Source: Octopus sinensis
Lineage: Eukaryota
Assembly: GCF_006345805.1 (NCBI RefSeq)
Contig: NW_021832528.1
Span: 124,001-188,000, forward strand
Direction: 5' to 3'
Length of the DNA stretch: 64,000 nt
Numbering within the stretch: position 1 is the stretch's first letter; every line of letters begins with the position of its first letter. The position numbers were made by a program, and so were the translations under genes. The notes under the pieces are model-generated. The model made no database searches and was not told the DNA's origin. It worked only from the letters and a program-made list of their open reading frames with translations. Positions 39,591-52,261 of this stretch are shown here, piece after piece.

Positions 39591-41381
39591 CTATCTGGAA
39601 ACATATTCTACAAAAATCGTCTCAAACAATAGGAAAACTCACATGCCAAACATGAATGTTGAAATCCTACTAAGGAAAAAACAATGTCTAAGGAACAAAC
39701 TCCGGCGCTGCGCAGATTTTCGTGACCGGTCCGTTTTGGAAAGTGAAATCTTCACCATTACGGAAGAAATAAGAAAATCGGCGAAGGTGGCGAAGGATAA
39801 AAAATGGAATACTGAGTGCAAAAAGCTACATAAAGGAAGTCCAAATTTTTGGAAGGTCTACTCGAAATTAACCTCGACGTCTGAGAAAACTATACCTAAA
39901 CTGCTAAAACAAGATGGATCCCCTGCATCTCATGAAGAATCCCGAACATATTTGCTGATAGTCTCAAAAGAATACAAGAAGTCAATCCGGATACAAATCT
40001 ATCTGATTCAGCTTTGTTTGATATGGAAAAAGAGTTGGAAGACAATCTTAGCTCATTACCAATGTGCTCGGAATCTATAACGTGCAAAGACGTGGAAAAT
40101 GCAGTTAGATACTCCAAAAATAACGCTCCGGGAAAGGACAAGATAACCATGCGCATGTTCAAAGAAGCTCCCAAGCAACTTTACGAATATTTGGGATGTC
40201 TCTTCTCCCGCAGTGTGAGCTTGGGATACGTCCCTTCTTCATGGAAACTGACGGAGGTAAGGATGATACGGAAGCCTGGAAAACCTGGTTACTTGGCGAC
40301 AAGTTATAGGCCTATAAGCCTAATTCCTACCATCAGTCGAATAATGGAAAGGGTAATGTTTGAACGACTCTCTGAACACGTCGAGAGAAATGGTTATCTC
40401 AAAGACGTGCAGTGGGGCTTTCGGAGGGGTCGTTCCTGTGCTGACTGTCTTTATACACTCAATTCGTCGATTGTAAAGGCTCTGGATTTCAAAGAGTGTC
40501 TGACAATTGTGTCTCTAGACATCTCAAAAGCCTTTGATATGGTTTGGCACCTCGGTCTCCTTAGACATCTGGCGAAGTGTCACATAGACAAGGACTATTC
40601 CTATGGCTAAAAGACTTCCTCCGCGACAGGCGCTCTGTGATAAGCTTTCTGAACTATGACTCGGATGAACTGAAACTTAAAAGAGGCGTCCCTCAAGGAT
40701 CAGTCCTCAGTCCTCTATTATTCAACATTGTGATGAGCAATCTGCCGTCTCTGTCAACACACGGACGGAAATTTTGATATACGCCGATGATGTTGTAATC
40801 CTTGACATTTCATCGAAACCTGCCTTATCCGAACAAAGGATTATATCATATATGAATACAGTGGAGCAATGGTGCGATGAAAATATGTTCATTATTGCGC
40901 GTGAGAAGTCGCATTACTGAGAATCACAGAAAGCAGAAATTTAATAAATTTACCGTGCCTGATCAAGAACATACCTCGACAAAACTCAATTAAATATCTT
41001 GGCTTGTTCATCGATGAAAAGGGAAACTATCTCGAAAACGCAAAATTAAGTAAAAGGAAAGCAACTAATGCTCTGTTCTGCCTGAGGAAGTTAAATTTGG
41101 AGCCTGATACTTCCTCTACGTTTTCAATACGGTGATCCTACCGGGACTACTATACGGAAAAGAGGGATGGTACTTCTCTAAAAAGAAGGACACCATCTTA
41201 ACTAAATTTGAAAAGTCTCGCAGGCTCGCTTTGAAGCTTGCTTACCACCAAAAAGTTGAAGATCCAATCCCCCTGTGGCTTGAAAGTAAATCCTCCATGG
41301 TCGGTGAAACTGTCGAAAAAGCTATAAGTGGTTATAAATCCAACTCAATTGTCACTGGACGTACCTGCAGAGGTAGAAAAG

Positions 41382-41421
<40 letters not shown>

Positions 41422-41547
41422 ACTTGAGGGGGTCTCTTTTTTTTTCTGGGAAGAAGTCGATAGGGTAGTCCTATTGTTTCATTATACAAACTCCCCCCTA
41501 ACCTTTAACCCTTCTCTGTTTCCAATAAAACTTCCTTCCTTCCTTCC
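39591..41547 (+). mobile_element. Jockey-like LINE copy 1, 5'-truncated, many indels
   Basis: Nearly identical to 42834-44782. RT motifs YRPISL, QWGFR, SLDISKAFD, GVPQGSVLSPLLF, YADD. Ends with AATAAAA(CTTC)n. Confidence 0.93.
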
Positions 41548-41557
41548 TTGCCTTTAT

Positions 41558-44500
41558 ATGCCCGATTAAAGGAAAAACTGAGAAAAAATGTATAAACTGC
41601 GGTCTGAGTGGGCATTTGGCTTGCTACGGTGGCTGCTCTTCAGCTAAGGCAGCCACTGAACACTAAAAAAGCAGCTCAGTGCCAGGGACAGACTGGCCAA
41701 AGCAGAACACTCAAAAACTGTATGGTCAAAAGCGGAGGCCGTTGAATCTGTATGGCGAAAACCCACAATTTCCCGCTGTTTTGACTCCTCAACGCAAACA
41801 GATGTTAGTGAAGACGCAACTTTGCCTCCCAATACACAACACACAGAGCCTCCAACCCGCTTTAAGAGGAAAGCACCAACTATCGACGTTGAGCTTACCT
41901 CTATGATTCGCAAAATAATCGCTATATGCGGTGAAAAAGGCCTCGATATCAACAATCTGTTGTCCCTTTCTCTTGGAGGGAAAGGATTGATCAGGCGTGA
42001 GCCCCTTTCTGTCTATTATCGCTGTGAACGCACGTTCTCTAAAGAGAAGGCGTTCAGAGATTGAGGATATGTTATCCCATAACCCCGTGGACTTTTGATC
42101 GTAAACGAAACAAAAATCAAAAAACATGATGATTACTACTTGGATGGCTATCGTTCCCTTGATATTAAGTGGAAGCCGGGCTCGATCGCTGGAACAGGCA
42201 CTTCTATCTACTACAAATCAACTCTAAGGGTGAAAAATCTAAAAATTGTGTCCGAGGAATTGTGTGAATTCCTCACAATCGACGTCCTTCTGGAAAAAGG
42301 GTGGGTAACAATCGGAGGGATGTACTCAAAATCCCTTTCCAATTATTCATCGCTTATCAAGGACTTTTTTGCCGATAAACACAATCATTTGTCAATACTC
42401 CTCGGGGATCTAAATGCCAAATGCACATCTTTTGGCTGTCTGAGAACCAACAGGGATGGCATCATTCTTAAGAAGCTTTCAGAATCTCTCAGTTTCTCGG
42501 TCATCACATCAAAAACCCCAAATCATTACTCACCAGGAGGGTGGGACTATTTGGGCGTAGCATTGGTCTCTATGTCTACTCTTCAATTTATGGAACAACC
42601 GTACACCTTAAATGATATTGGAAGTGACCATCTACCAATTTTATACAAACTCAACCTTGGACCTTTAAAGGGTAAACCAACTTTTATACGATATAACCTC
42701 TCGACTATAAACTGGGAACACTACCGAAAATGTTTTACACTTTATCTGAGCAATTTCGCTCCTAAACTTGACGAAAATTCTTCATCTGAGGACCTCGAGA
42801 AGTCTAGCAATTCCCTTATTGGATACATAAAGTCTTATCTGGAAACATATTCTACAAAAATCGTCTCAAACAATAGGAAAACTCACATGCCAAACATGAA
42901 TGTTGAAATCCTACTAAGGAAAAAACAATGTCTAAGGAACAAACTCCGGCGCTGCGCAGATTTTCGTGACCGGTCCGTTTTGGAAAGTGAAATCTTCACC
43001 ATTACGGAAGAAATAAGAAAATCGGCGAAGGTGGCGAAGGATAAAAAATGGAATACTGAGTGCAAAAAGCTACATAAAGGAAGTCCAAATTTTTGGAAGG
43101 TCTACTCGAAATTAACCTCGACGTCTGAGAAAACTATACCTAAACTGCTAAAACAAGATGGATCCCCTGCATCTCATGAAGAAATCCCGAACATATTTGC
43201 TGATAGTCTCAAAAGAATACAAGAAGTCAATCCGGATACAAATCTATCTGATTCAGCTTTGTTTGATATGGAAAAAGAGTTGGAAGACAATCTTAGCTCA
43301 TTACCAATGTGCTCGGAATCTATAACGTGCAAAGACGTGGAAAATGCAGTTAGATACTCCAAAAATAACGCTCCGGGAAAGGACAAGATAACCATGCGCA
43401 TGTTCAAAGAAGCTCCCAAGCAACTTTACGAATATTTGGGATGTCTCTTCTCCCGCAGTGTGAGCTTGGGATACGTCCCTTCTTCATGGAAACTGACGGA
43501 GGTAAGGATGATACGGAAGCCTGGAAAACCTGGTTACTTGGCGACAAGTTATAGGCCTATAAGCCTAATTCCTACCATCAGTCGAATAATGGAAAGGGTA
43601 ATGTTTGAACGACTCTCTGAACACGTCGAGAGAAATGGTTATCTCAAAGACGTGCAGTGGGGCTTTCGGAGGGGTCGTTCCTGTGCTGACTGTCTTTATA
43701 CACTCAATTCGTCGATTGTAAAGGCTCTGGATTTCAAAGAGTGTCTGACAATTGTGTCTCTAGACATCTCAAAAGCCTTGATATGGTTTGGCACCTCGGT
43801 CTCCTTAGACATCTGGCGAAGTGTCACATAGACAAAGGACTATTCCTATGGCTAAAAGACTTCCTCCGCGACAGGCGCTCTGTGATAAGCTTTCTGAACT
43901 ATGACTCGGATGAACTGAAACTTAAAAGAGGCGTCCCTCAAGGATCAGTCCTCAGTCCTCTATTATTCAACATTGTGATGAGCAATCTGCCGTCTCCTGT
44001 CAACACACGGACGGAAATTTTGATATACGCCGATGATGTTGTAATCCTTGACATTTCATCGAAACCTGCCTTATCCGAACAAAGGATTATATCATATATG
44101 AATACAGTGGAGCAATGGTGCGATGAAAATATGTTCATTATTGCGCGTGAGAAGTCCGCATTACTGAGAATCACAGAAAGCAGAAATTTAATAAATTTAC
44201 CGTGCCTGATCAAGAACATACCTCGACAAAACTCAATTAAATATCTTGGCTTGTTCATCGATGAAAAGGGAAACTATCTCGAAAACGCAAAATTAAGTAA
44301 AAGGAAAGCAACTAATGCTCTGTTCTGCCTGAGGAAGTTAAATTTGGAGCCTGATACTTTCCTCTACGTTTTCAATACGGTGATCCTACGGGACTACTAT
44401 ACGGAAAAGAGGGATGGTACTTCTCTAAAAAGAAGGACACCATCTTAACTAAATTTGAAAAGTCTCGCAGGCTCGCTTTGAAGCTTGCTTACCACCAAAA

Positions 44501-44782
44501 AGTTGAAGATCCAATCCCCCTGTGGCTTGAAAGTAAATCCTCCATGGTCGGTGAAACTGTCGAAAAAGCTATAAGTGGTTATAAATCCAACTCAATTGTC
44601 ACTGGGACGTACCTGCAGAGGTAGAAAAGAAAAAAAAAAAAAAAAAAAAAAAATTTACTTGGGGGGGTCTCTTTTTTTTTCTGGGAAGAAGTCGATAGGG
44701 TAGTCCTATTGTTTCATTATACAAACTCCCCCCTAACCTTTAACCCTTCTCTGTTTCCAATAAAACTTCCTTCCTTCCTTCC
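41558..44782 (+). mobile_element. Jockey-like LINE copy 2: ORF1 zinc-knuckle tail plus APE-RT ORF2
   Basis: KCINCGLSGHLACYGGC (gag-like). ORF2 from about 42000: IIAVNARSL, NETK, LGDLNAK, GSDHLPI, then RT motifs through YADD and IKYLG. No RNase H. (CTTC)n tail. Confidence 0.93.
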
Positions 44783-44890
44783 TTGCCTTTATATTAGTTG
44801 GCCTTTTAGTAATATTTGCTATGTAGTTGCCATGGAAACACGTAAAGGCCAGGTTGCCCATAGGGGTCTGATCACCCATGTGACAAAATA

Positions 44891-45174
44891 TGTAAAATCC
44901 AAATATCGAGCAAACTTGTCGGATGAGCACTTACACTTTCTTTTGATAATCGGGACAACAGACTTGACGCCTGATTACAATAAAATATATAAAACGAAAA
45001 GTCAGTTTCATCATTCTCATTAAAAGCTAATGTTTAAATCTTTTTTGTTATTCTGTCTTAGTCGTAGTTAAAAAATTAGGAACATTATTAAATCTAATTG
45101 ATTTTACACTATGGCCCATGGTCATCTACCAAATATTCTATCCGGCCCGCGTTGTCAAAAGTTGGAGACCCCTA
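44891..45174 (+). mobile_element. hAT remnant, right part and terminus
   Basis: VKSKYRANLSDEHLHFLLIIGTTDLTPDY..HHSH*, then gttggagaccccta, which resembles a hAT TIR. Confidence 0.8.
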
Positions 45175-46349
45175 ATATAGCGAATGAAAGGAGATGTACA
45201 ATTATAGTTGTTTGTTGGTAGAAAAACGCTTTTTCTGGAAGAATCTACAAAAATTGTTGTTTATTTCATTTTTCAAATAAAATTCTCACTAGAGGTAAAA
45301 AGTAATTTCCAGTGGGTTGAATGAACGTAGTTGACTTCTTTTTAATTTAGATTTTTTTATTTTATAAAAAAAACTATTTTATTTACTGAAATATTCTAAA
45401 TAAATTATTGTTTTTATGCTGTTGTTGTGGTCGTGATATCTTTGTCTTTATAATTTGATAATTTTGTGAATAGTCATAAGACGACGACAACCAGAAATGA
45501 TCGAGTCAAATATTTTTAAAATTAATTTGGCGGGAAAATTTTAATGGTTAAATTATCTGAAATTTCATCATTTTGTAATATTTGTGAATTTATTCCTTCA
45601 ATCTGTTTATTCCACTTATTTTGAAATTTTTGAAAAATTATTTTCTCCGTGATTTTTATTTATTGAATTTCATCATATTTTTAATAAACATTTCTATTCT
45701 TTATAACACAATTTTATTTTAAAAAATAAAGAATAATTGTGGAATCAAATTACAAGGTGGAGATGCAAAAAATTTGTGTCTCAACCTGAGAGAGTGCGGG
45801 AGGCAGAATGAGAGGACAGATAAGCCGGAAGAGCAAAATCGGAACAGGATCTCAGACCAAGGCGGCCCCAGTAAAATTCTAATGGATCATAAAAAATAGT
45901 TAAGAGCTATTTTAAAAGAAAAATCATGAATTTTTTTTCCCAGTTTTAATTATTTCGACATTGAAAATTGTGATATTGGATGTGAAAAATAAAACATTTT
46001 TCATTTTGCCCACTTTTGGGAACTGTTTTTTGGTTCTTTAGTTATTTATAAGTTACATTAACTGACATGAATATATTCTGAGGACTTGAGGTGATTGTGA
46101 AAACTTGTGAAATAATGGTCCTTTACGATATGATGAATCCCTTCAGAATTAGTTTTCCTTTTTCAATTCCTGGCTTTTAGAATTAGCTCTGATAGTGATT
46201 GAATGTATTTGTGAGATGCAATACTAGAATTTAAGATATTCTTTGAATTTATAAATATTTACAACCAGATTGATTACATAATCTGTCGAGCTAAAAACAA
46301 AACTCTTTTTACCGACGTAAGATCATATGGGGGGTAAATTAGCGACAGT

Positions 46350-47350
46350 GACCATAAAACGGTCATCGACAGAATGTCAAACATCTAATCAGGAACAAAA
46401 CTAATATAAAGAGGCAGATGTTATTTACAGAAGGAGAAAACTCAACATAAATGGACTGTCATTACAACAATAATTACTTGATAAGTATCTAGAAACAAAT
46501 CAACCAATCCCCAAACTCTGAAAGCAAATGTAAAAATCAATACAGCGGACAAATATATACAGAAATTGATAAGACATCACCGAGTGGAACAACTGAGATG
46601 TCACTCCTTGTAAATAAACAAAAATTTATTTGGCTACAATATTTAAATACGGATGACAAACACATCAACGAAAATCTTAGCCGCGAAAGAATAAATATAA
46701 AGTATAAAATCACAAAATGTGTTTTCTCTATGTCAAGAACGAGACTAAGATATAGATCCAGGCAATGGAAGCTTTGAATGAGAATAGTAGGTACTATGAA
46801 GTGATTAGAGTACTACTGAGACTTAAACACAGAAACTTTTATTTATAAATGACGGAAATGACAGGCGAATCGCAGATTCCGCAAAAATCGTCCATTTCAA
46901 GAAATTGTTTAATTCAAAAAGAAAAGGAATTGCAGCATTTACTGGCCATCATAGGAAATTGGAGTTGGAAATAAACGGTTTTCGTGAAGGAAGATCGACT
47001 TCTGACATTGTTTGGAGTCATAGATGAGACGTTCCACTAATCAAAGGTTCAAAAATGCGACAAAAGTTGGTTATCGAGGACGGAACTCAGTCTTATATAC
47101 AGTCAATTGTGTTGAAGAAAACACTGGAGAGTATGATTGTTGAACACAGACACGGATTAAAATCACTGATGAGGAGATAAATTCAGCCAGTTGCCCCTTA
47201 ATTGAAGCAAGTCATTTGTACGAAGATAATATGGCGAGTGGGAAAAGGAGTCGTAACTAACTTGGAGACAGAGGATCAGGGAGTGATGTTGATTACTTCC
47301 TCCTCCAAAAGGAGGAGATTAACCTCTAGCGGAGAACGGTCGGATTAGCA
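46350..47350 (+). mobile_element. degenerate RTE-type RT remnant
   Basis: GFREGRSTSDIVWSHR and similar scraps, with many stops. Confidence 0.5.
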
Positions 47351-47364
47351 TCAATGAAATAATA

Positions 47365-48149
47365 TGTCACATGGGTGATCAGACCCCTATGGGCAACCTG
47401 GCCTTTACGTGTTTCCATGGCAACTACATAGCAAATATTTACTAAAAGGCCAACTAATATAAAGGCAAACGATCCGAACTAATGATTGAACTTTAAATTT
47501 TTGAGAAAATGATGTTTTATATTGAACCATGCTTGTTTTAAAATAGTAAAATTATTTACAACATTAGCAAATTATAATGTGAATTATTTTTATTTTTGAT
47601 AATATAAATTGCAACATTAGCAAATTATAATTTACATCAAATTTTTTGCAAAGTTTGTAACAACTTTAACTCTAACCTTAACCCAACCCTAACGTTGGCA
47701 AGTGACACATAAATATTCAAAATCTAACCCTAACCTTAACCCAAACCCTAACTCGAAATTAAATGATGTTTCTGCTGACGATTCTTCAGACATTTTTGAC
47801 AAAAATTGGAAGCCTTTTTGGCCAACCGGTGTTTGCTTCGAGCATTCATATCCTCCGGAATATCCCGATTAACGCTTCCTTAATTTGATTGTATTCGTTA
47901 ATATTTCTGACGTAACACTTAAACCCAGACATCACAAGTGTGAGTAACCACGCTGTTAAAATTAATATACTTTTGGGTAAGCCATTTTTAAAAGATAATT
48001 CAAATGTAATTTTAAATTAGAATAATTGATTAATCTACACTCTTCCATATATAAATTGCTATATTCAATATTTAATACCTTTTCTGCGGTTTCCATAGAA
48101 ACACGTAAAAGGACTGGCTGCCCATAGCGACATAGTCGCCCATGTGACA
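47365..48149 (-). mobile_element. TGTCAC-ended MITE (empty copy, 785 bp), TSD TAATA
   Basis: TAATA|TGTCACATGGG...CCCATGTGACA|TAATA. Reverse complement of the 37809-44885 element with one satellite core and an uninterrupted target site at 47459-47468. Confidence 0.95.
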
Positions 48150-48205
48150 TAATACCTGAATGACATACTCTTTAACCTTAAATTAACTTTTAAATAAAAT
48201 AATTA

Positions 48206-49120
48206 TTTTCACCGTTATTCAATGGAACACGCCGTTGAATAGACCGACTACTTTTTATTCAAATAAAATGTAACCTTCCTTCCGGTCTTAGCGTGGCGTT
48301 ATGGGGTCCACCATGTCAGTTGGAAAATTCCAATCGGATATGGAAACGCTCAGGAGGCACTTAATGCCTACCGAAAAAGGAGTTCTAGAACTCAGACCCT
48401 GGGACATCGTCATCTTAGGCCGATCATGCGGGCAGGATCGAACCTTTCAGTAGGATCTCCCTCGTTTGGATCGGCGATCACGGGGATTATTATAATTAAC
48501 TGGCTTACCCGTCTTTGGTCTTTAAATAAATAAATAAATAAAAATAATAATAAAATTGCGGCATGGTTTTAGTGAAGCTTTTTTTGCATGAAATACATCA
48601 ATTAAGGATTATCTTAATTCTGATTGCGATCCGTCTTTTTTAAAGATGTCAATAAGAAAAAAAAGAAATTTAGAATCTGATCCGGTTTTAAGATGGAAAA
48701 ACTTACATTCTGAACCTCGTTTTTTTGCGGCCGATGAATATAAGCTAATGTTCCAAGTACAGTCAGAACATAATATGGATTATTTTTGGCGAGATCGTTA
48801 TTTAAAAAGCTTCGTAATCGTTATTACGATGTTACCCGAACTGAGGTTGCTCACATTAGTTTAAAATGTTCATTTTGTCAGGTAGTTTTTTGACATTTGT
48901 TAGTCAAAAATAACTCGTATAATCTCCAATAGACCGCGTGATAGACACATTGCTGACTTAATAGATCTTAGACGCAAATCGACCAAACTGCCTCTATATG
49001 ATGGGCTAGATGCTACAGTGTATTATGTCGTCACTGTTCACAAAGATTTATATCTTCCTGAAGACTATAAAGGAAACATTTTAACTGGCGTACATATTTC
49101 GAGGCTGAAAAGGCTTAATT
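48206..49120 (+). mobile_element. Ginger-like deletion derivative, interrupted by a probable LINE 3' scrap (about 48270-48540)
   Basis: End tttcaccgttattcaat..cacgccgttgaat resembles the 34432 terminus. SEHNMD..CSFCQ..RDRHIADLIDLRR joins directly to KLPLYDGLD..VHISRLKRL. The inner GC-rich piece ends in (TAAA)n. Confidence 0.7.
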
Positions 49121-49424
49121 GACTTTGTTTTTGGTTTGTTCTAAATTTAATTTGTCTAAAAGTCATAAAAACCATTAATATTAAGACATTTTATATGGAT
49201 AGAATTAATGAAAATCACATTTTGATTTTAATCCATTCAACTACAGAATTTAATAAAAAGGAAATGATATCCATTATAAAGATGTTTTCCTTAAGCGGTT
49301 TATTCTGTTTGAGATAAAGTCTAACTACAGCCAAGGCCTGCTAGCATGCGATTACGTACTACTACACCTAAATCCAACTGCGAGTTTTTCAACTGCAGTA
49401 ACGTTAGTATACAGTGTATGGTAT

Positions 49425-50220
49425 ACACAAGGCATTCTCAACCTTTTTTGGTTCATCGCCCCCTTAGATATTTTATCGACCCCTTGTCCACATACAATTT
49501 AAAAATTTTTGTGCATTATTCATTAATTGGTTGTTTTTGTATATAACTTAAAAATCAAAATATAAAACAATAAATCAAATGTAAAAATTGAATTTTCATT
49601 AAAAATTATTATCAACTAAATAAGTGGTGGAGAATGTCAATAATTTTTTTTTTTTTTTTAATAAAAAACTAGAATTGGAAAAATTTTTTTTTTTGAGAAT
49701 TTTTTTTTTTTAATCGGCCTGGCCATTGTTCGGGGCAACGCACACTGCGTCCTCGCCGCTGGAACTTAACTATTTTCGGTGTTAATTTTCCAATTCTAGT
49801 TTTTATGTCAATAATACATTTCTCATTTCCTTCCATAAATTTCATTTGTAGATCTTTTTTGATTGCCAAAATTTCGAGATACCACCCTGTTGAAATCTGT
49901 GAATATATTCATCATTATATTTCAATTATCTCTTCTCGGACTACTGAATTTGTACAGGTTTCCAATTATTTCCTCATTTAATACACATTCATTATCGAAA
50001 TACCTGAATGTTATTAAAAATTCGAAAATAACCTCCCAAATCCCATTAAAACAGCTTTACTATCTACAATGACTCTTTCATCCCTTTGTAAAGAAAACTT
50101 ACTTCGCTTCAGTCTTTCAATAAAAATTTTTTTTACATTATCACCCATTTCATCAATTCTTCGACGAATCGAATCATTGTTAAGAGGAAGTTTTTGTGGG
50201 TGATAAATATGAACTTTCAT
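49425..50220 (-). mobile_element. hAT (Buster/ZBED5-like) remnant
   Basis: LPLNNDSIRRRIDEM..SKFSLQRDE. End-like sequence caaggcattctcaacctttttt at about 49427. Confidence 0.7.
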
Positions 50221-50289
50221 CCAGAAAAAAACAGAACAGCGTGCTGAAAACGCTAATTATTTAAGCAATTTTTTCCTACTGTCTGGGTT

Positions 50290-51870
50290 GTGTCGTACGA
50301 TTTTACTTTAATTTCCAACTGAACTATAATCAAGGCTGTCCAATTCTGCAATCTGCCAGTTCTCGTTATGAAGATATTGTCTTGAACACCCGACTAAAAT
50401 GCAAACCAAACGACCTCTCTGGGTCACAAAATGGACAAATCTCGACCGTGAGTATTGATATGCCAGGGAAATGCGAGTCAATTCCTTACATGAACATGGA
50501 CGAGTCATGTTTGGAATGTAATCATCTAGCTGTAGATCATCTCAACATCGAAACTGGGACTATACAGTACCGCTCAAATGTTCGGACCACCCTATTTTTC
50601 TCAATTTCCAAGTCAATCCTAAATTATTTTTATACGGTTCTTTAGAGAAACTTATTAGATAAGCTTAAACACATTTATTCTATTTTAAAAACTTGGACAG
50701 ATATTCATGTTTGGCGCAATTTTAAAATTATCGATTTTATACTCGATCATATGTTCCGGACCAGTTTAAAAAAAACCGAAAATTTATTAAACTTATAAAA
50801 AGTTAATAATTAATATTTCCTCCGTTGTTCGTTTATAACAGCATTTATTCGCATTTGTTATTTATTAGTCTTTTGTTTTTAATTGAATCAAAAATTATTT
50901 AAATTTAAAGAGATTTAACTGGTTCGAAACATATGATTGCAACTGGTCCGGAACATATGATCGAGTCAAAAATCAATTATATTCAATTGGCGCCAAACAA
51001 AAATATTTAAAGAAAATTTTAGAATAGAATAATGTATTTAAGCTTATCTAATAAGTTTCTCTAAAGAACCGTATAAAAATAATTTAGGATTGACTTGGAA
51101 ATTGAGAAAAATAGGGTGGTCCGAACATTTGAGCGGTACTGTACACGTGTCATCCAATACTGTTTGGGGGATTTTGAAAGGATTAGAAACATTTAGCCAA
51201 CTGATTTGTCGTTCGGATATCGGAGAAGTGAGTACCTTTGCAATTCATGTCCAGTTTATTGTTCCGAGTGCCAAAATAGAAGACAAACCTCGCTATTCTT
51301 ATCGTAGACTCCATTTGAACACATCTTTGCGATATATCCCCAAGGAGGTGATCATGCAGAACTTGGTCGAGGAATGATAAATTAGTAAATAGGACGCAAT
51401 GGCCTACAATAAGCTAAATGCACTTCATTGGACTATTACTGGAAATAAATCAGTCCCCTACGAGAGCACAGTGCACCCAAACATGAGCAAAGTATATATT
51501 TGGTGGATTAATTCATGACGGAGCCTATAGTGAGGAATTGGTTTATACGGCACATCATATCAGGGAGATTGTTCAATATGCGGCCTTGAGAGGGATTAGG
51601 GTCATCCCTCAGTTTAGTTTGTTTGGTAAAAGTCTCACTAATATAACAGTTGATTTATTCCCGTTGCGCAAAGAATACCCAGACATAGTATTATCCGACG
51701 GAAGTATCAACCATCGAATAAAAAAATCCACAACTTTCATATTAGAACTAATAGACGAGTTAGAACAACTATTTCCGGACGAATATTTTTACGTGAAAAC
51801 GCCAGAATACACGTACGGTGATTTGTTTCACTTCAAATTAGAAATGTTTGTTTTAAAAAGTCACTTTTAG
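50290..51870 (+). pseudogene. beta-hexosaminidase (GH20)-like gene interrupted by a MITE
   Basis: CPILQSASSRY, MDESYHLNI (after a 27-nt intron), VWGILKGLETFSQL, IEDKPRYSYR, DAMAYNKLNALHW, EIVQYAALRGIRVIP. A 577-bp insertion sits in an exon. Confidence 0.85.
50565..51141. mobile_element. Tc1/mariner-type fold-back MITE, TA TSD
   Basis: TA|CAGTACCGCTCAAATGTTCGGACCACC...GGTGGTCCGAACATTTGAGCGGTACTG|TA, with inverted arms of about 200 bp. Confidence 0.92.
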
Positions 51871-52000
51871 AGAGAAAAAAATAAACCGCAAATTCATTTA
51901 TGGTCCAGATTATGGCTACAATAACAATCCTCGTGACTCTTAGAAATATTTTTATTACTCGAACAAATCAAAACGAAATCGGGACGATTTTGAAATTATT

Positions 52001-52261
52001 TCAGTCAGACTTGATGAGCTGAAAGGATACAAAGTAAGTGACTATATTACATCTACTTTCCCTGGATTCGAGATGCACGTCACTGAGACAGACGAATACA
52101 ATATTCTCCCCACTCTTTGGTAAATATATTTCAGGCATGTCTAGGCCAACTTGTTCAGGATTTGCGATGAAAATGTGGTACTCATTTAAATGGAATAACC
52201 AAGATGAAATCAGTCGAATCAAGTGCATAATGAACTCGTAATTAATTTTTGTATATTCCAC
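52001..52261 (-). CDS. possible DNA polymerase B-subunit (POLE2-like) fragment
   Basis: Only the motif ENIVFVCLSDVHLE supports this. Confidence 0.2.
   Translation of the reverse strand: MEYTKINYEFIMHLIRLISSWLFHLNEYHIFIANPEQVGLDMPEIYLPKSGENIVFVCLSDVHLESRESRCNIVTYFVSFQLIKSD

Larger units (their letters stand above)
37809..44885 (+). mobile_element. TGTCAC-ended MITE (filled copy) with about 60-bp imperfect TIRs and 5-bp TSD AAATA
   Basis: AAATA|TGTCACATGGG...CCCATGTGACA|AAATA. Removing it restores atg aaa tat gta aaa tcc (MKYVKS). Colinear with the inverted empty copy at 47365-48149. Confidence 0.93.

Noticed and set aside
38206-44782. True chromosome end with a HeT-A/TART-like array
   Set aside because: The block is enclosed by MITE TIRs and a TSD within a hAT remnant, so it is interstitial.
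48425-48455. tRNA-like GGTTCGATCC on the minus strand
   Set aside because: No proper T-stem, acceptor stem or D-arm.
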